Position numbers and translations under genes: made by a program. A stretch of 64,000 nt of DNA from Xylographa opegraphella (taxonomy: Eukaryota), in contig JALDZX010000014.1 of NCBI GenBank assembly GCA_022813865.1, positions 124,001 through 188,000 of the forward strand, given 5' to 3'. The notes under the pieces are model-generated. The model had not been told where the DNA came from. It saw only the letters and a program-made list of their open reading frames with translations, and made no database searches. Below are positions 1-13,299 of this stretch, in pieces. The first letter of the stretch is position 1; each line of letters starts with the position of its first letter.

Positions 1-60
1 CCCAGCGCTTCCGTGACCGTGTAAAAGTCCTTCCTACTCTTATTACGCGCTGTTGGCCAT

Positions 61-1449
61 TCACTCGGCTTTCCAATGTCCAGTAAGGGTGCCGTCATCT
101 TCCTTCCCTAGATACAGCTCCAACGCGTACAATGCCATCGTGCCAGCCACATTGATCCACCTCCAAAGATTACCTCCCACGTCTCCACCCTGACTTGTCC
201 ACCACTCACCCCCTCCACCTTCGCCACTGGTGGAAGCGAAATGTTGCATCAGGAGACTGGTGTAGACGGTGATCAATATGCTAGGGCTAAACCAGCTAAG
301 AAGTCCAAGGACTTGACCGGCACCATCCGAGTCTTCGAGAGAAGCTTCTTGAGATAACGCTCGAGCGCCGGACTCTCGAACTGCTGGAATGATCCGAGTG
401 GATGCATACAAAACGAAGAATCGGTATGCAAGAGAGATGATGACCGACGGAGTGATTGTGCTCAAAGCGGCCATAATAAAGTTAAATCCACCGTGTATGG
501 TACTTGGTAGAGTTGAAAGCACCTGGATGAGAGTCGTGTATGAAGCCATGATGATTGGCGGAAAGGGAGGGAAATCGGCGGCCTGCGGCGGAGGTGGCAT
601 TGGATCCGAAGGATGTGATGGTTGATAGTCTGTAAATATCTGATAAATGCAAAGGACAATATAGGCGAAGAGCAAGGAGCTTTCCACCGGATTCCCCTTG
701 CCACTGCCAATACCCCAGGCGCCAAGGAAGACCGCACAAGTAATCGTAATGCCAATGAGTGTAGCATCAACGTTGCCGATCTGCGGAAACTGCATGACTC
801 TCCAGAGAAAGTAGACAGAACTTGAGATTATGGAGGCAGACATGACTAGTAGACCGATCTGGTAGCAAACAAGACTGTTAGCAAAAGCGCTCTCGGTGTC
901 GACAGGACGCGATTCATGAAAGCTCACCATCCAGCTGTCACTTCTGCCTCCCCTGTTGACCAACCATCGTGTGATTTGCCCGGCTGCTTGTATCACCAAC
1001 AGACTGCAAAACCCCTCTACCAATTGAAAAACAGGAGTAGACCATCGTAGTAGTTTGTCCCATGTACCAATCGTCAGAGCTTCCACCAACCCATCCGGTC
1101 CAAATATCCATTCTCGTAAAGATGTATCCTGTGCTCTTTTCCCACTGAACGTTCGCTCTACCCATCCACTACTATTATCCGCATCCACCGAAAACCGGTT
1201 GAGAGACCATATCAAGAGCGACGGAAGAATGATCCATTGAGTAAGGCTTATCGCTCGTGCGAGGGCATAACGGAATCTTGATTTGTCTGGCGTTGCGAGC
1301 CGGAGGATGGAATACCAGAAGTAAAAGGTTGCTAGTGATAGAGAGAACGCAAGACCGCAGGTCCGTCCACCAACATCAAATCCTAGCGGAACGGAGAGTA
1401 CGATCGAGGTCAGGAAGACTACCGCAGATGTGATGCGAATGATCCACAT
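61..1449 (-). CDS. ICE2: ER membrane protein Ice2 (one 69-nt in-frame intron at 859-927)
   Basis: Multi-TM protein with FDVGGRTCGLAFSLSL and STPVFQLVEGFCSLLVIQAAGQ motifs typical of Ice2; GTGAGC..CTAAC..CAG intron at 927-859. Confidence 0.9.
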   Translation of the reverse strand: MWIIRITSAVVFLTSIVLSVPLGFDVGGRTCGLAFSLSLATFYFWYSILRLATPDKSRFRYALARAISLTQWIILPSLLIWSLNRFSVDADNSSGWVERTFSGKRAQDTSLREWIFGPDGLVEALTIGTWDKLLRWSTPVFQLVEGFCSLLVIQAAGQITRWLVNRGGRSDSWMVSFHESRPVDTESAFANSLVCYQIGLLVMSASIISSSVYFLWRVMQFPQIGNVDATLIGITITCAVFLGAWGIGSGKGNPVESSLLFAYIVLCIYQIFTDYQPSHPSDPMPPPPQAADFPPFPPIIMASYTTLIQVLSTLPSTIHGGFNFIMAALSTITPSVIISLAYRFFVLYASTRIIPAVRESGARALSQEASLEDSDGAGQVLGLLSWFSPSILITVYTSLLMQHFASTSGEGGGGEWWTSQGGDVGGNLWRWINVAGTMALYALELYLGKEDDGTLTGHWKAE

Positions 1450-2170
1450 CAGCGCTGTGAGCGCCGAGCACGCCCAGGATCACTCTGAGCCAGAGCGTCC
1501 TATATGGTCTTTTTCGCTGGAAGGGTCGATGATCTTCTTGGCACCGGTATTCTCGGTCTGCGACTTCAGGTTGGCAGTGGAGGCTCTGAGGCGGCTGCAC
1601 GTGAGGGGATTTTTGCTGAAGTTCCGAAGATCTCTACTAGAGCAGAATTGTTGAAATCGCCCTGAGAAAAGATGTAGTTGCCTTAGATTAGTATGTGCGT
1701 GCTTCTACGTCTGCACGACATAGATAGATGACTCCTTGATGGAAAGCCGCCGTTACCTGGTTTTTGTCGACGGAGTATGCAGCCGGTCATTGGTTCCTTG
1801 TCGCGTGCCTTCAAGGATGTGGAGAAATTATGACCGAGAACCTGGTTGGCCTTCCGGACGATGATGCACGTCGCTAACCAGTGATAGGTACCCAACGTCG
1901 TGGATTTGTCTGCGAAAAACCGGCAAGAGGATTGACATGAGCTGTATCCTTGAATAGTCGCACCTACGCAATGGTCATGTCGCTGAGCGATGGGACAACA
2001 GTTTCCTCAATCTGGCCTTTTCTGTCACATGCAAATCTCAGATCTTGGTTCCTTGCCGCTAGTTAAAGGCTTGGCGCTCTAGCAATCGTGCCCTAAGGGT
2101 CTAATATTGTGATTGAAAAGTCTCCGCATCTAGAGAGTCGCAGTGCATGTTCCGTTCGTTGATCAGAAGC

Positions 2171-3329
2171 ATGGCCGAAGAAGTGGCAGCCAAGCGGCTG
2201 AAGATATCGCCTCCCCTGATAGGCACCCATAAGTCTGTTGTCCTAGTTTTCCACCCCGCTCCCTTTTCGTGTTGAAGACTAATAGTTTTTCAGCGGGCAC
2301 TTCCATGCTGACGAAGCGCTGGCTGTGTATCTCCTTCGACTCCTTCCAACATATACTCCATCCAGCCTCCTGCGTACACGCGATCCCGCCCTCCTCTCCA
2401 CTTGCCACACCGTCGTCGATGTCGGCGGTGAGTACTCACCATCCACCAATCGCTATGACCACCACCAGCGTACCTTCAGCACCACCTTCCCCAATCACAG
2501 CACCAAGCTTTCCTCCGCTGGACTGGTCTACATGCACTTCGGGAAGCCGATCATAGCGTCACGAACCGCTCTTCCGGCAGACAGTCCAGAAGTGGACTTG
2601 CTCTATGAGAAGCTCTATACCGAGTTCGTAGAAGCTTTGGACGCAAATGATAACGGGATTTCGGCTTACGACCCGGCGGACACAGTAAATTTAAAAAAGC
2701 GATTTCATGATGGGGGTGTTACACTGGGGAGCTTGGTCAATGATCTAAATCATGAATGGAACGATGATCCGCTGCATGAACAGCCGCCTGGGCATGGCGA
2801 CGGAACTTCTTTTGTGAAGGGAACGGGACCAGAGCAGGCCCAGGCGGATGAGGATGCCCGATTCTTGAAAGCGTCCTCCCTGATGGGCACCACCTTTCTC
2901 CGCAAACTATCGTATTATCACCTCGCCTGGCTTCCTGCTCGCAAGCATGTTCAGACGGCCCACAGAAATCGTTTCTCGAATGATCCATCTGGCGCGATCA
3001 TGGTGTTGGATGGTGGCGGTGTGCCTTGGAAAGACCATCTGTACGCTTTTGAGACGGAAAACGCCGATGCGCCGAAGGTGCTGTACGTTCTATATCCCGA
3101 AGGTCCGAACGAGGGGGCGAAGTGGCGGGTTCAGTGTGTGAGTGTGACGAAGGATAGTTTCGAGAGCAGAAAGCCACTGAAAGAAGAGTGGAGAGGAGTG
3201 AGGGATTCTGAACTGAGCGGCAAAAGCGGGATAGATGGTTGCGTTTTTGTGCATGCTAGTGGGTTCATTGGGGGTAACCTGACCAAAGCAGGAGCCATGG
3301 ACATGGCAAAGAAGAGTATGCTCAGCTGA
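2171..3329 (+). CDS. MYG1: MYG1 family metal-dependent exonuclease (exons 2171-2232, 2294-3329)
   Basis: Splicing restores IGTHNGHFHADEALA; also RTRDP, VVDVGG, YDHHQR, KLSSAGLVY, DANDNG and FVHASGFIGGN. Confidence 0.93.
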
Positions 3330-3668
3330 AAAAGGATTCAGCGGCCTCCGGATGCGTGGATTCGTGCGAACAATCACCAAAATTGTATGCATGCAGTGGT
3401 GGTAGCATTTAACACGTTTCCTCGTCCGAAAAGGTATACACGTAAAAGCATATGGAATGTTTCCATAGCAAGCCAGTATGAGCGCCCCAATGCCGAACCA
3501 AACGCCGGTTGACGCCCTTCCATACGCATTGCCACCAGTCCGTAATGACTGTTCATCCGAGACCGACCTCTACGAGTCCTTCATTCAGGCCCTGCATGGA
3601 GAGGTCAAGCAACAACTTTAGCAAGCAGTATCTCTACCATTTCGTTCATCCTTAATTCGTCGTGCCGC

Positions 3669-4239
3669 TCAGGTTTGCCATCGAATAGGTACTCCCTCCT
3701 TGGAAGGTGCTGGGCTGATAGCCTCTTGACCAGTTTCAGACGAAGACAAGTCTTGATCATCGACGCTCGTCTCACGATGCAAGAAGCTGCTCTCCTTGAC
3801 GGGCGAGCCACTCTGACCGCTAGTCTGTTGTCCATTTGTTCCACTGACGGCTGGGTTCCCACCGTTACTTTGACTCGGAGAGGTTAGGTGTGGAATATTC
3901 TCAGGGAGAGGATGTTGGGAGCCGATAGAGGTAACTCCGACGTCAGAGGCTTTGCCTGCTTTAGAGAGCGCATAGTCACCGGAGTCAAAGTATTTGCGTT
4001 CCTGTACCGGCGATGATTAGGATGATGGAACGTGCAGCAATGTGAAGAGCTTAGTCTACCTTGAGTTTATTCTGAAGCAGGTCGTTTCGGTTGGGCAGCT
4101 TGCCGTACAAGCGGAATAACTTTTGTTCTTCTGCATTGAGAGACTAGATTGATGTCAGCTCAACTCAACCATGAAGTCTATGCTACAAAGATGGATGACA
4201 TACACTAATATCAACCTTGTTCTTTTGATGCGGATTCAT
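3669..4239 (-). CDS. Endosulfine/ARPP19 family protein (Igo1/Igo2-like), ~150 aa; exons 4239-4204, 4143-4060, 4001-3669
   Basis: Hand splicing gives MNPHQKNKVDIS-SLNAEEQKLFRLYGKLPNRNDLLQNKLK-ERKYFDSGDYALSKAGK; FDSGDY is the Greatwall/Rim15 phosphosite signature. Absent from the ORF track. Confidence 0.92.
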
Positions 4240-5124
4240 GGTGATGGAGGATTGTGATCACGGAATGAGGATGTGTAATGTATAAAGTAGGCAGTTCTGT
4301 GACTCGAAGACGTCGACTTGATAAGGTCAGCGTGCCGAACAGACTTGGCTGATTCTGATGGGAAACACAATCGAAGTGGGAACGAGTCTACCTTGAGGAT
4401 CGTTGTACAAGTTTCGGTCTGGGAGCAGTGCCACGAGGGGCCACAGCAGCGAGCAGATATGGTCGCTCGGAAAGCAGCTACTGCCAGCTTCTTCCCTCAG
4501 TTCAATCTGAAGACAGGGTCCTTGTTCGCGGGCTGTGGAAAAGCATTGGTCAATGTTTAGTTATCAAAGGCCGGGAGTGATAGTGGCATCTACCTACTGA
4601 ATTCAAATGGTCCACTCGAGCAGGGAGCTATTTCTAAATCTGAGACAGGCAATTGATGGAAGGGGACCAATTCAGTGCAGTGCGAGACCGAGTAGAGGGA
4701 AGATCATCTGCTGTCGAGATTGTGAAGGGGGAACAACGGATCCCAACTTTTTTTGAAGTCACGAGTGAGGGGTTGGACAAGCACCAAGCAACAAGCATCA
4801 CGCACCAAAGCATGCGAACGTGCCAAGACTCGTGGGCTCTGGCGTCGACCAGGTCCTAGTCCCTTTAAGGTAAGGTATCCTATTGCCTCAAAAGCGTATA
4901 GCGCTGGCACTATTGGCGCACCCGGGCAGAGCTGTCAATAATAGGTAAGGCCCTTTTTGTTCACATTACCTCAGGTAAGGTACTTTGTATTTTGATGATC
5001 TAAGTTTTGCCAATTGTCCCATGTACGGCCTCCACTAAGATAGGTTGCACCGCAGTTTTCCACATTTTCTCTCACTTACATATCAAGTCTGAGAAGCAGC
5101 TGCGTCGTTGCATCACTGTGAAGC

Positions 5125-5969
5125 ATGGCTGCGACGGCTAAGACTTATATTGTCGAACACCTAGATCCTGAACTCGGACCATGGTCGTCACTGGAGTATC
5201 AAGCCATTGCGGCCGAAACAGCAGAGGCCGGCTCCAAATTCTGCCTTTCATCCGTTCCCAAGAGCTTGGAACTCCCAAAAGAGCTTGAGAATGCCCCTGC
5301 GCTCCTTATCGAGAATCGGAGTGTGGAAGAAATATACAAGCTCGAAAAAGATGGGGTATGCTTGCTTGATCCAGCAGCGCCATCTGAGCTTTGTGTCGAG
5401 GATGCAGCTCTGTTCGACGTCTTTCTCTTTGGTGGAATCCTAGGTATACTGTCTATGAACCGTATTCGAAATTCGCATCAGATGTTGACAAGCACAGGCG
5501 ATGACCCTCCCCGAGGTCTGGGAGTTCCTCCTGTCGTCATTGGAACACAACTTATGCTGAAATGCTGCAGATCGCACCGCCGAGCTAAGGCAGAAGGGGT
5601 TTAGAGGTCGTAGACTTGGCCCTGTTCAAATGACAACTGATACTGCCGCAAGAGTAACGCGTCTAGTCATCCAACATAGAGGTAGAGGCTCTTCTGTCTA
5701 TCAGCCCTGCAAGCTCTAATTAGAGCTTCGAAGTTCCTTTGGATCAAATCTCGTATATCGATTACCCGGAGCTGAAGATCAACGAGCACGAAAGTACTGA
5801 AATGCCGTTTCGGTACGTAGTGGGCGAAAATGGAAAGCCAATAATGCCAAAAGTGAGCCTCATAACCTTAAAATCGCAGCCTGCATGCTGGAGATTGACT
5901 ATTACGGTATAGGGAATGCTTGATCTGATTAAGTCGGACTCTGAGAAGGGGTTTGGCGAGCTGTTCTGA
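5125..5969 (+). CDS. SFM1: SPOUT-class SAM-dependent protein arginine methyltransferase Sfm1 (4 introns, including an 18-nt exon at 5498-5515)
   Basis: YIVEHLDPELGPWSSLEY, VCLLDP, FLFGGILG|DDPPR|DRTAELR, RRLGPVQMTTDTAARV, YPELKINEHESTEMPFRYV. Confidence 0.88.
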
Positions 5970-6978
5970 GTATTTCTTCCACCAGCCTTCATCCATGCTT
6001 GTACAGCGAGCCGTATTGCGGGATAGATTCTCCGTAAGCAAACTTCACGATTGCTCCAGTCAATATCTGTGCCTTACCGGAAGGACATTGAAGTCGCGCA
6101 AAGCCACATGGCTTTCGCAAATTGCAAATGGCCCTGGACGGACCGGTAATACGCTCTCCGGATGCGCGCTGCAGCTTTCCCACTTGCAAGTGAGAGGCAG
6201 TCGAAGATCCCAAGACATCTAGCCACGCAAGCTAACTGCTTACGGAGTACAGTGGTTCTGGACTAAGGTATCGACGTCGGAATATGGAGCGTGTTCCAGA
6301 ACGCCGGTACGGAATCAAAGCAGGCTAGGTAACCTAACCCTTGTGATTCTGTACAGTACCTTACCGTACCACGGTCCAATGGTGCCTTACCTTAGATCTC
6401 CATCTGCTGGAGACTACCTTAGCATCTCCTATTGCATCAAGGTAAGGTAAGGTAACTCGCGGGCGCTTAGAATTACGATGCGTGTCATTATTGGCACTAA
6501 GCTCTCTTCACGTCCAGTAAAGGTTAAGAGCACCACTACCATCATAGTCTAGTGGCTAGTCCCCAGCTCGACCCTGTAGCCCGTGTGTTCACTAGAGCAA
6601 TGCCCTACGATGCACGGCCTAAGTGAATAATACATCGTTCGTCCCTAGGTGTTATTATTAGAATTTTTTAAAATTGCGGCTGAGATGTGTGTGCGCGTCC
6701 CTCACGTGTAGAAGTACCTGCGATGTTCCTGTCGCTCAGGTCAGTGTCCAACGAGTGTGGGAAAGTGTTCGTAAGCATGTGGCTTTGGCCAATCAGGTTA
6801 CAGCTAATCATAAGCAATGATCCTTCGCTGACTGTTGTGTGAAGTCCGATACTGGGGCAGCTGTCGTGTATTGATATCTAGCTTTGTATACATATACGGC
6901 TTTGGGGCTTCTTGCCGACGGCCAAACCTGCTACTTTCCCGAGGAAACTTCTTCACACCTTACCGCACCTTCTTAACC

Positions 6979-8358
6979 ATGGCCCGAATCATTTACAGAG
7001 ATTTTGTGCGGAGATTTCTTTCAGGTACATGGCAAAGTTGTTAAATCTCATGATTTGCCATAGCTGACTTCAAAGGCAGTTCTCCTACTCTTATGTATCT
7101 GTTGGAGAACTGTGGACTCCACGTCCGTCTTTGTCCTAGACGATAGTAGTACACCACTGACATTTGCGCTGAATATCGCCCCGGATTCAAATGACTTCTA
7201 TTTCCACCTGAGTGGCCCTGCTAGCAATTCATGGATTGCTATCGGTACGGGGACGGAAATGGAGGGGTCGCAGATGTTCCTGGTTTATACCTCAACGGAT
7301 GGAAACAGTGAGTAGCATTAGATGTGCTTGTGATGCAGCCGTACTGACTAGCAACGGCTCAGATATTACGTTTAGCCCCAGGTTGGCAAGCAGTCACAAG
7401 GAGCCTTCTTATTCGTCAAGCATAAAAGTCTCGCTGCTTGATGGATCCGGCTTGATCAATGGTTCTTACGTCGTCAACGCTCATTGTCAGAATTGTACTG
7501 CCTCACTTGATCTTCAATCTACTTCGGAGCCTTGGATTTATGCCAAAGGACCAAGCAATTCATTTCGTGGTAATTCACCAACTGACAGCATCCAAAGACA
7601 TGTTGAGTACGGTAGGCCACTCATCGGAAGTCCAACCGATAACCCAGAAACTGACTCAACGCATAGGTCGGTTCACTATGAACATGGTACAAGCATATGG
7701 AGCGGCTGCCGTCCCAACGAATGTACTGGCAAACTCCGGCGCCGCTGAAGTGGGCCCCCCAAATTCCGATAATGACTATACCGCCATCGCGCATGCCACT
7801 TTCACCTGCCTTGCCTTCGTGATCTTGATGCCCTTAGGCGTTGTCTTTCTCAGAATCTTTGAAAGAGTCCGCTGGCATTGGATCAATCAGCTTCTGGCAT
7901 TGTCAGTGGCTCTCATAGGCCTTGTGATTGGTGTCTACCTGAGCACCACCTACAACAAATCCAAGTCGTTCAACTCTGCTCACCAAATCATCGGTATTCT
8001 TGTCATCTTGGCACTCTTTCTACAAGCTTGGCTCGGATGGCATCATCACCAAGTGTACAAGCGCACAAAGCGATCGACCCCTTACGCGCCAGTACACCGC
8101 TATTTTGGCTCCTTTCTCATCCTCGCTGGGTTAGCAAACGGCGCCATAGGACTTGCTTTCGCAGAAAACAACAATCGTATACTGGTTTATCTCGTTATAT
8201 CGATCTTGATAGTTGTACTGGTGGCTGTCTGGGTCTTCTTTAACCGGTGGCGGACAAGCCGTGGAAGAAGCAATGGACTACTCGAAATTGGTCGTAATGG
8301 GTATTCGTCACAGCGGCTTGGTTCGGATGCTCATATCGAACTTGTCCGAGGACCATGA
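6979..8358 (+). CDS. Secreted DOMON/CDH-cytochrome domain fused to a cytochrome b561 membrane domain (putative transmembrane ferric reductase); 3 introns
   Basis: Signal-like N-terminus, WIAIGTGTEMEGSQMF, SPRLASSHKEP, HCQNC and IQRH, followed by TM helices with heme-ligand His spacing (AHAT, WHW, SAHQIIG, VHRYFG). Confidence 0.82.
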
Positions 8359-9359
8359 AACAGTGGCTCGCACTCAATCTTGTATAAGCTTCAACCTGAA
8401 ACCCAAGGAAGTCGCAACCGCTATTCCAGATTAATCCGACGGGGTGAATCGTCTCACTTTCTATATGTTGTTGGATATCTATCAGCAGGGTATTGCCTTC
8501 AAAGCATTCTAATTTCTATGCGGACGCGCTGTATTGGCAGTTTCTTGGTTTATAGCTAAAACTTCAAAGGCTATATTGAACGGCGAATCGCTTAGAATAT
8601 TGTCTAGACAGCCTGAGAGATATATGTATCATAGTGCAGCAAAATAGTTTAAGGTCTACTACAGGGTTAACAGAGCATCACTCAATTGTGGGGCAGATTC
8701 AGCTATTTCACTCATGCAGCAATCTTTCGATCTTGTATCTGAGACGTATCACAGTCTGAGATCTCTGAGACAGAGCACCCTATAGTAGTACAACTGTCTG
8801 AGAGGAAAGTGCTTGGATTGCACGAAGTATCGGAGAGCGCGCGTCGAAATCCGACCGATAGTGTATGGAGTGAACAGCACATACCACCCTTTTGGAGCTG
8901 CAATGGTCTTCGAGAGTACATTATTGGCACCTCTGCTTCATTTTGACGTCCGGATTATTAGGTGGGAGGCCGACTACCTCCTAAGGTCGTGGAAAGATAA
9001 TCGACTGTAGCCACGAGCGGGCCAACAAAGAAAACACTCGCCGCAGTTGCACCCCTGTCTCACTAGAGGCTAAACCACAGGCAGAAGCCAATGACAACCC
9101 GAACTCCAGGACAACCTCATGTTAGCATACTCACCAATACATACTCAACTTCTCAGAGGATTTGCTAGGTACCAAATATCGTGGCAACATCGTTTGATTA
9201 CGCAAAATCTTTCATTCTCATCTTTCGCGCAACCGCTGATCGAGCATTACGCATCAGATGACGACTAAGCAACGGTGACGGAGGACCAATAGTCCTTCGA
9301 CGGCCACAAAGCAAGCGGGACGAAGCACACGGAGTTTCTCTTCCGTCGTATATCTCCCA

Positions 9360-11333
9360 ATGATGCGGGTTCACAGCCGTCTTCCACCGCGGAGGCGGCA
9401 TCATCTATCATGGATCTTATTATGCCTGTCATTCTCATTCATGTCCTCGGACGCCAAATCAGCGTCGGATTACTTTGTTCAATCTTTGCCAGGACAACCT
9501 GATGGCCCGCTACTGAGAATGCATGCTGGGTAAGTAGGTGGCGTCACGTTGGTGAATCTCCCAATCTAACGGATTCTTCTTTCAGGCACATCGAAGTCAT
9601 ACCCGAGCACGATGGAAACCTATTCTTCTGGCATTTTGAAAATAGACATCTTGCCAATCGACATCGCACCGTTATCTGGCTGAACGGGGGGCCAGGCTGT
9701 AGTTCTATGGACGGGGCGTTGATGGAGATTGGCCCCTACCGAACTACGGATGATTCGCACTTAGAATACAACGATGGGTCATGGGATGAATTTGCTAACC
9801 TTCTATTTGTTGACAATCCTGTTGGAACAGGTTTCAGTTATGTCAATACAGATAGCTTTGACCACGAGTTGAAAGAGATGGCGAATCACATGGTGATATT
9901 CCTGGAAAAATATTTTGACCTCTTTCCGGAGCACCAGGACAACGATGTCAGTATCTTGGCTCTCCAATGTTGTCTTAAAACTGACTCAGAGACAGCTCTA
10001 CTTAGCCGGCGAATCTTATGCCGGGCAGCACATCCCCTATATTGCACAGGCTATTCTGGATAGAAATAAAAATGCAGGGGGATCAAAACTGTGGAATCTC
10101 TCAGGACTACTCATCGGCAATGGCTGGATTGCACCTTACGAGCAGTCATATGCTTATCTAGCCTATGCATACAAATATGGTCTGGTCGAGAAAGGATCAA
10201 ATATTGGAAAACAGCTTGAGGCTAAGCAGGCGGTGTGTACCGCAGCGCTTGAAAAGGATGGCAAAAATGCTCATGTAGACTATCCGCCGTGTGAGGGTAT
10301 CCTTCAGGACATCCTTCGGTTGACCCAGGAAGCCGGCCGCTGCACCAACATGTACGATGTCCGTCTCGATGATACTTATCCTAGTTGTGGCATGAACTGG
10401 CCCCCGGACCTCATAGATTTAACACCATACCTCCGCCGGCAAGACGTTACTGCCGCTCTACATATCAATAGTGACAAGAAAACTGGCTGGCAAGAATGCT
10501 CCGGCTCTGTTGGCCGTGCCTTTCGCGCCCGCAGTTCCAAACCATCAATCACGCTTCTACCAGATCTCCTCGCTCAAGTCCCCATTCTCCTCTTCTCTGG
10601 CGACCAAGACATGATTTGCAACCACCTCGGCACCGAAGAGCTGATCAACAACATGGTCTGGAACGGCGGCACCGGCTTCGAGCTGGACCCGGGCACATGG
10701 GCCCCCCGCCGTGATTGGACGTTTGAAGGTCAGCCTGCCGGCATATATCAAGAAGCTCGCAACCTCACGTACGTACTTTTCTACAATTCCTCGCACATGG
10801 TGCCGTTCAACTACCCACGCCGGACGCGTGACATGTTGGACCGCTTCCTCAAGGTCGACATCGGCAGCATCGGCGGAATTCCCGCGGACTCGCGCATCGA
10901 TGGCGAGAAGGGCTTGGAGACGAGCGTCGGCGGGCATCCCAACAGCACCGCCGGGGAACAGGTGGCCAAGGAGAAGCTGAATCAGGAGCGCTGGTCCGCG
11001 TATTACCGCTCGGGGGCCATCGCGCTCGTGGTTGTCATCATCCTGGCCCTGGGGTGGGCGTGGTACGTCTGGCGCGACCGGCGGCGCACGAAGGGCTACG
11101 AGGGCCTGTTCGGTGGGAGTGATACGAGGATTATGCAGGAGAACGGGATGCGGCGAGACGTGGAGGCCGCGGATTTCGACGAGAATGAGCTGAACGATCT
11201 GCATGTTGTGAGGCCGGGCGAGGGGGATGTGGCGAGGGAGAGATACAGTCTCGGTGGCATGTCGAGTGACGAGGAGGATGATGATGGCGGGAAGCAGGGC
11301 GCGAATGGGCATGTTAATGGGAAGAAGCGGTGA
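9360..11333 (+). CDS. KEX1: Pheromone-processing serine carboxypeptidase Kex1 (S10), introns ~9530-9586 and ~9947-9996
   Basis: [19 protein letters not shown] nucleophile, [16 protein letters not shown], then a C-terminal TM helix and acidic tail. Confidence 0.93.
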
Positions 11334-11786
11334 GGAAATGGAATACGGGCGCTTTCCTTCGCCCGTTGGGGTTGGTGATTTTGTTTGCTTTAGCATGGCG
11401 TGGTCGGATCGAAGTCCTCGTAGTATCAAAATCAAGATCATGTCTAGAAACGTTCGCGAAATAAGATAACTTTGGGGGGGGCAATATGCATCGGTTTGCT
11501 ATTGTGGATGAAACTACATATTTCCAAGACCCGCTTCTTGGCTTCTAGATGATCTCGTTTCTCGATCTTCCGCTGCCTGTGTTGGCCGCTCCAGATGTGT
11601 GGGATGTACAAGTCGCGATCGCCCAAAACGCCGGACCGATGCACTCGTAACGTGGTATCTATCATAGGACACAGCAGCACAGCTTCCCACCACTGATCTA
11701 TTCGCTATCCTACTCCAGTAACTTATTTCTTTTGCCCCCATTCCCTCCTGTCCTCCTCAACTCCCCGAAATATGGTCCACTTCCAT

Positions 11787-13002
11787 CTACCTCTTCCCCG
11801 CCGGCTTCGGCCTCGGCTTGCATTCATCCGGCTGCACAGGATGCAGCATCAGCTTGTTCGGCAGCTGCGGCGTGTTCATCGCGTAGCCCTTGCTCCAATC
11901 GTAGCTGACAGCGTAGGCGAAAATGGAGCCGGTTCGGTTGAAATCTGTGGCGCTGATGGTGCCGCCCACCTCCGGGTAGCCCTTCAGGCGGTGCTTGGCG
12001 TTGCCGTCCCAGAAGTGGAATGTGCCGTCGCTGCCGGCGGTGCTGAAAGTGCCGTGCTCGGGATGGAAGGAGATGGCGTTGACGGAGTAGACGTTGGCCA
12101 CGTCGCGCGCGTTGGGGGGGGTTTGCCGGTGGCACTTGAAGGAGAAGTTTGCGCTGGGGGGGTAAGGGAGGTCAGCATTGTTCCTTGAGGGATAGGATGG
12201 GGAAGGGGTAGAGCGAAGGAAGCGGCTTACTTGGAATCCTTATCTTCGACGTATTGAATCGCACACCGTCCTTCTACGCTCCCGACTGCGAAGCCGGTCG
12301 CGTCGGTGAAACAGCTTACAGCTCTGGTTTGCCATTTCAGAGGACTCTGGATCGTCTTGTAGAATTTTCCCGGCTGGTCAAGGTTCACGATGTTGATATA
12401 TCGGTCCGCTGTCCCAATCACGAGCAGCTTGTTCTTCGAGTCCAGGCTGTACACCCGCTCCTGGCAATCTAGGTTCGCAATGGCCTGTTGTTGCCGGAGA
12501 TCCCAGTACTTGACGGTCTTGTCCCAGGAGCCGGTAACGAGGATTGGGCCCGCAGCGCCAGTGACTTCGACGAATCGAGCGCAGCGGATCGGCTGCGCGT
12601 GCTCTGCTACTTGTGTTGTAGCATTGGTTTGCAGATCCAGCATACGTGCTGCTTTGTCTGCTCCGGCACCGACGACTTTGGTGCCGTCCTTTATGAAGCA
12701 TTGTCAGCTCAGTTATATCGGTAAGGAATATCACACCATACTTTGGACCAGCAGCAGGAGAGTACCGGACCTTCATGGTCAATCTTCGCCTGAGGTTTAC
12801 TTTCTCCGGTTGCGCTGATTTCGTAGATTCGGACCTGCTTGTCCCATGATGCTAAAGCGAGGAAATCGTGTGTGGGAGAGAACGCAACATCTGAGATGCT
12901 GTCTTCTGGTGGGTTGGTCAGAACCACGTCTTTCGAGATGTCTCCGGGGGTGTTGCTTTGAGCAGCTGCGCTGCTGGTATTGCTGAGCCCAAAGGCCGAC
13001 AT
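11787..13002 (-). CDS. RAE1: Poly(A)+ RNA export WD40 protein Rae1/Gle2 (exons 13002-12742, 12688-12231, 12153-11787)
   Basis: PPEDSIS, TGSWDKTVKYWDLR, SPLKWQTR, GSVEGRCAIQY, FSFKCHR, FAYAVSYDWSKG. Confidence 0.95.
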
Positions 13003-13299
13003 GATGGTTCGGAATGACAGACTGTGGTTAACAATGATTCCTAGGCTTGACTTTTAGCTGATTGATATTTCCATGATATATGGGATCGCAGTTGATCTCT
13101 ACGGGGTTCCTGACTTCAGCGAAGGCTCCAACAATGCTCGAGGCAGACGCGCATACTCTGACTGCAGGGAGCTCGCGTGAAAGTCTTAGCGCCGTTTGCG
13201 AAAGCCTACCTTACCTTACCTTACCCGTATCCATTCACTAGTGTGATGTGGATCTAGTTGTGCTTCGGTGGAACTATCTGCCGGTTTCTTGACTCACAC

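Noticed and set aside
10557..11441. 294-aa antisense ORF over KEX1, and similar shadow ORFs over RAE1 and SLC1
   Set aside because: Explained by high GC3 in the real gene, which depletes stops on the opposite strand; no recognisable motifs.
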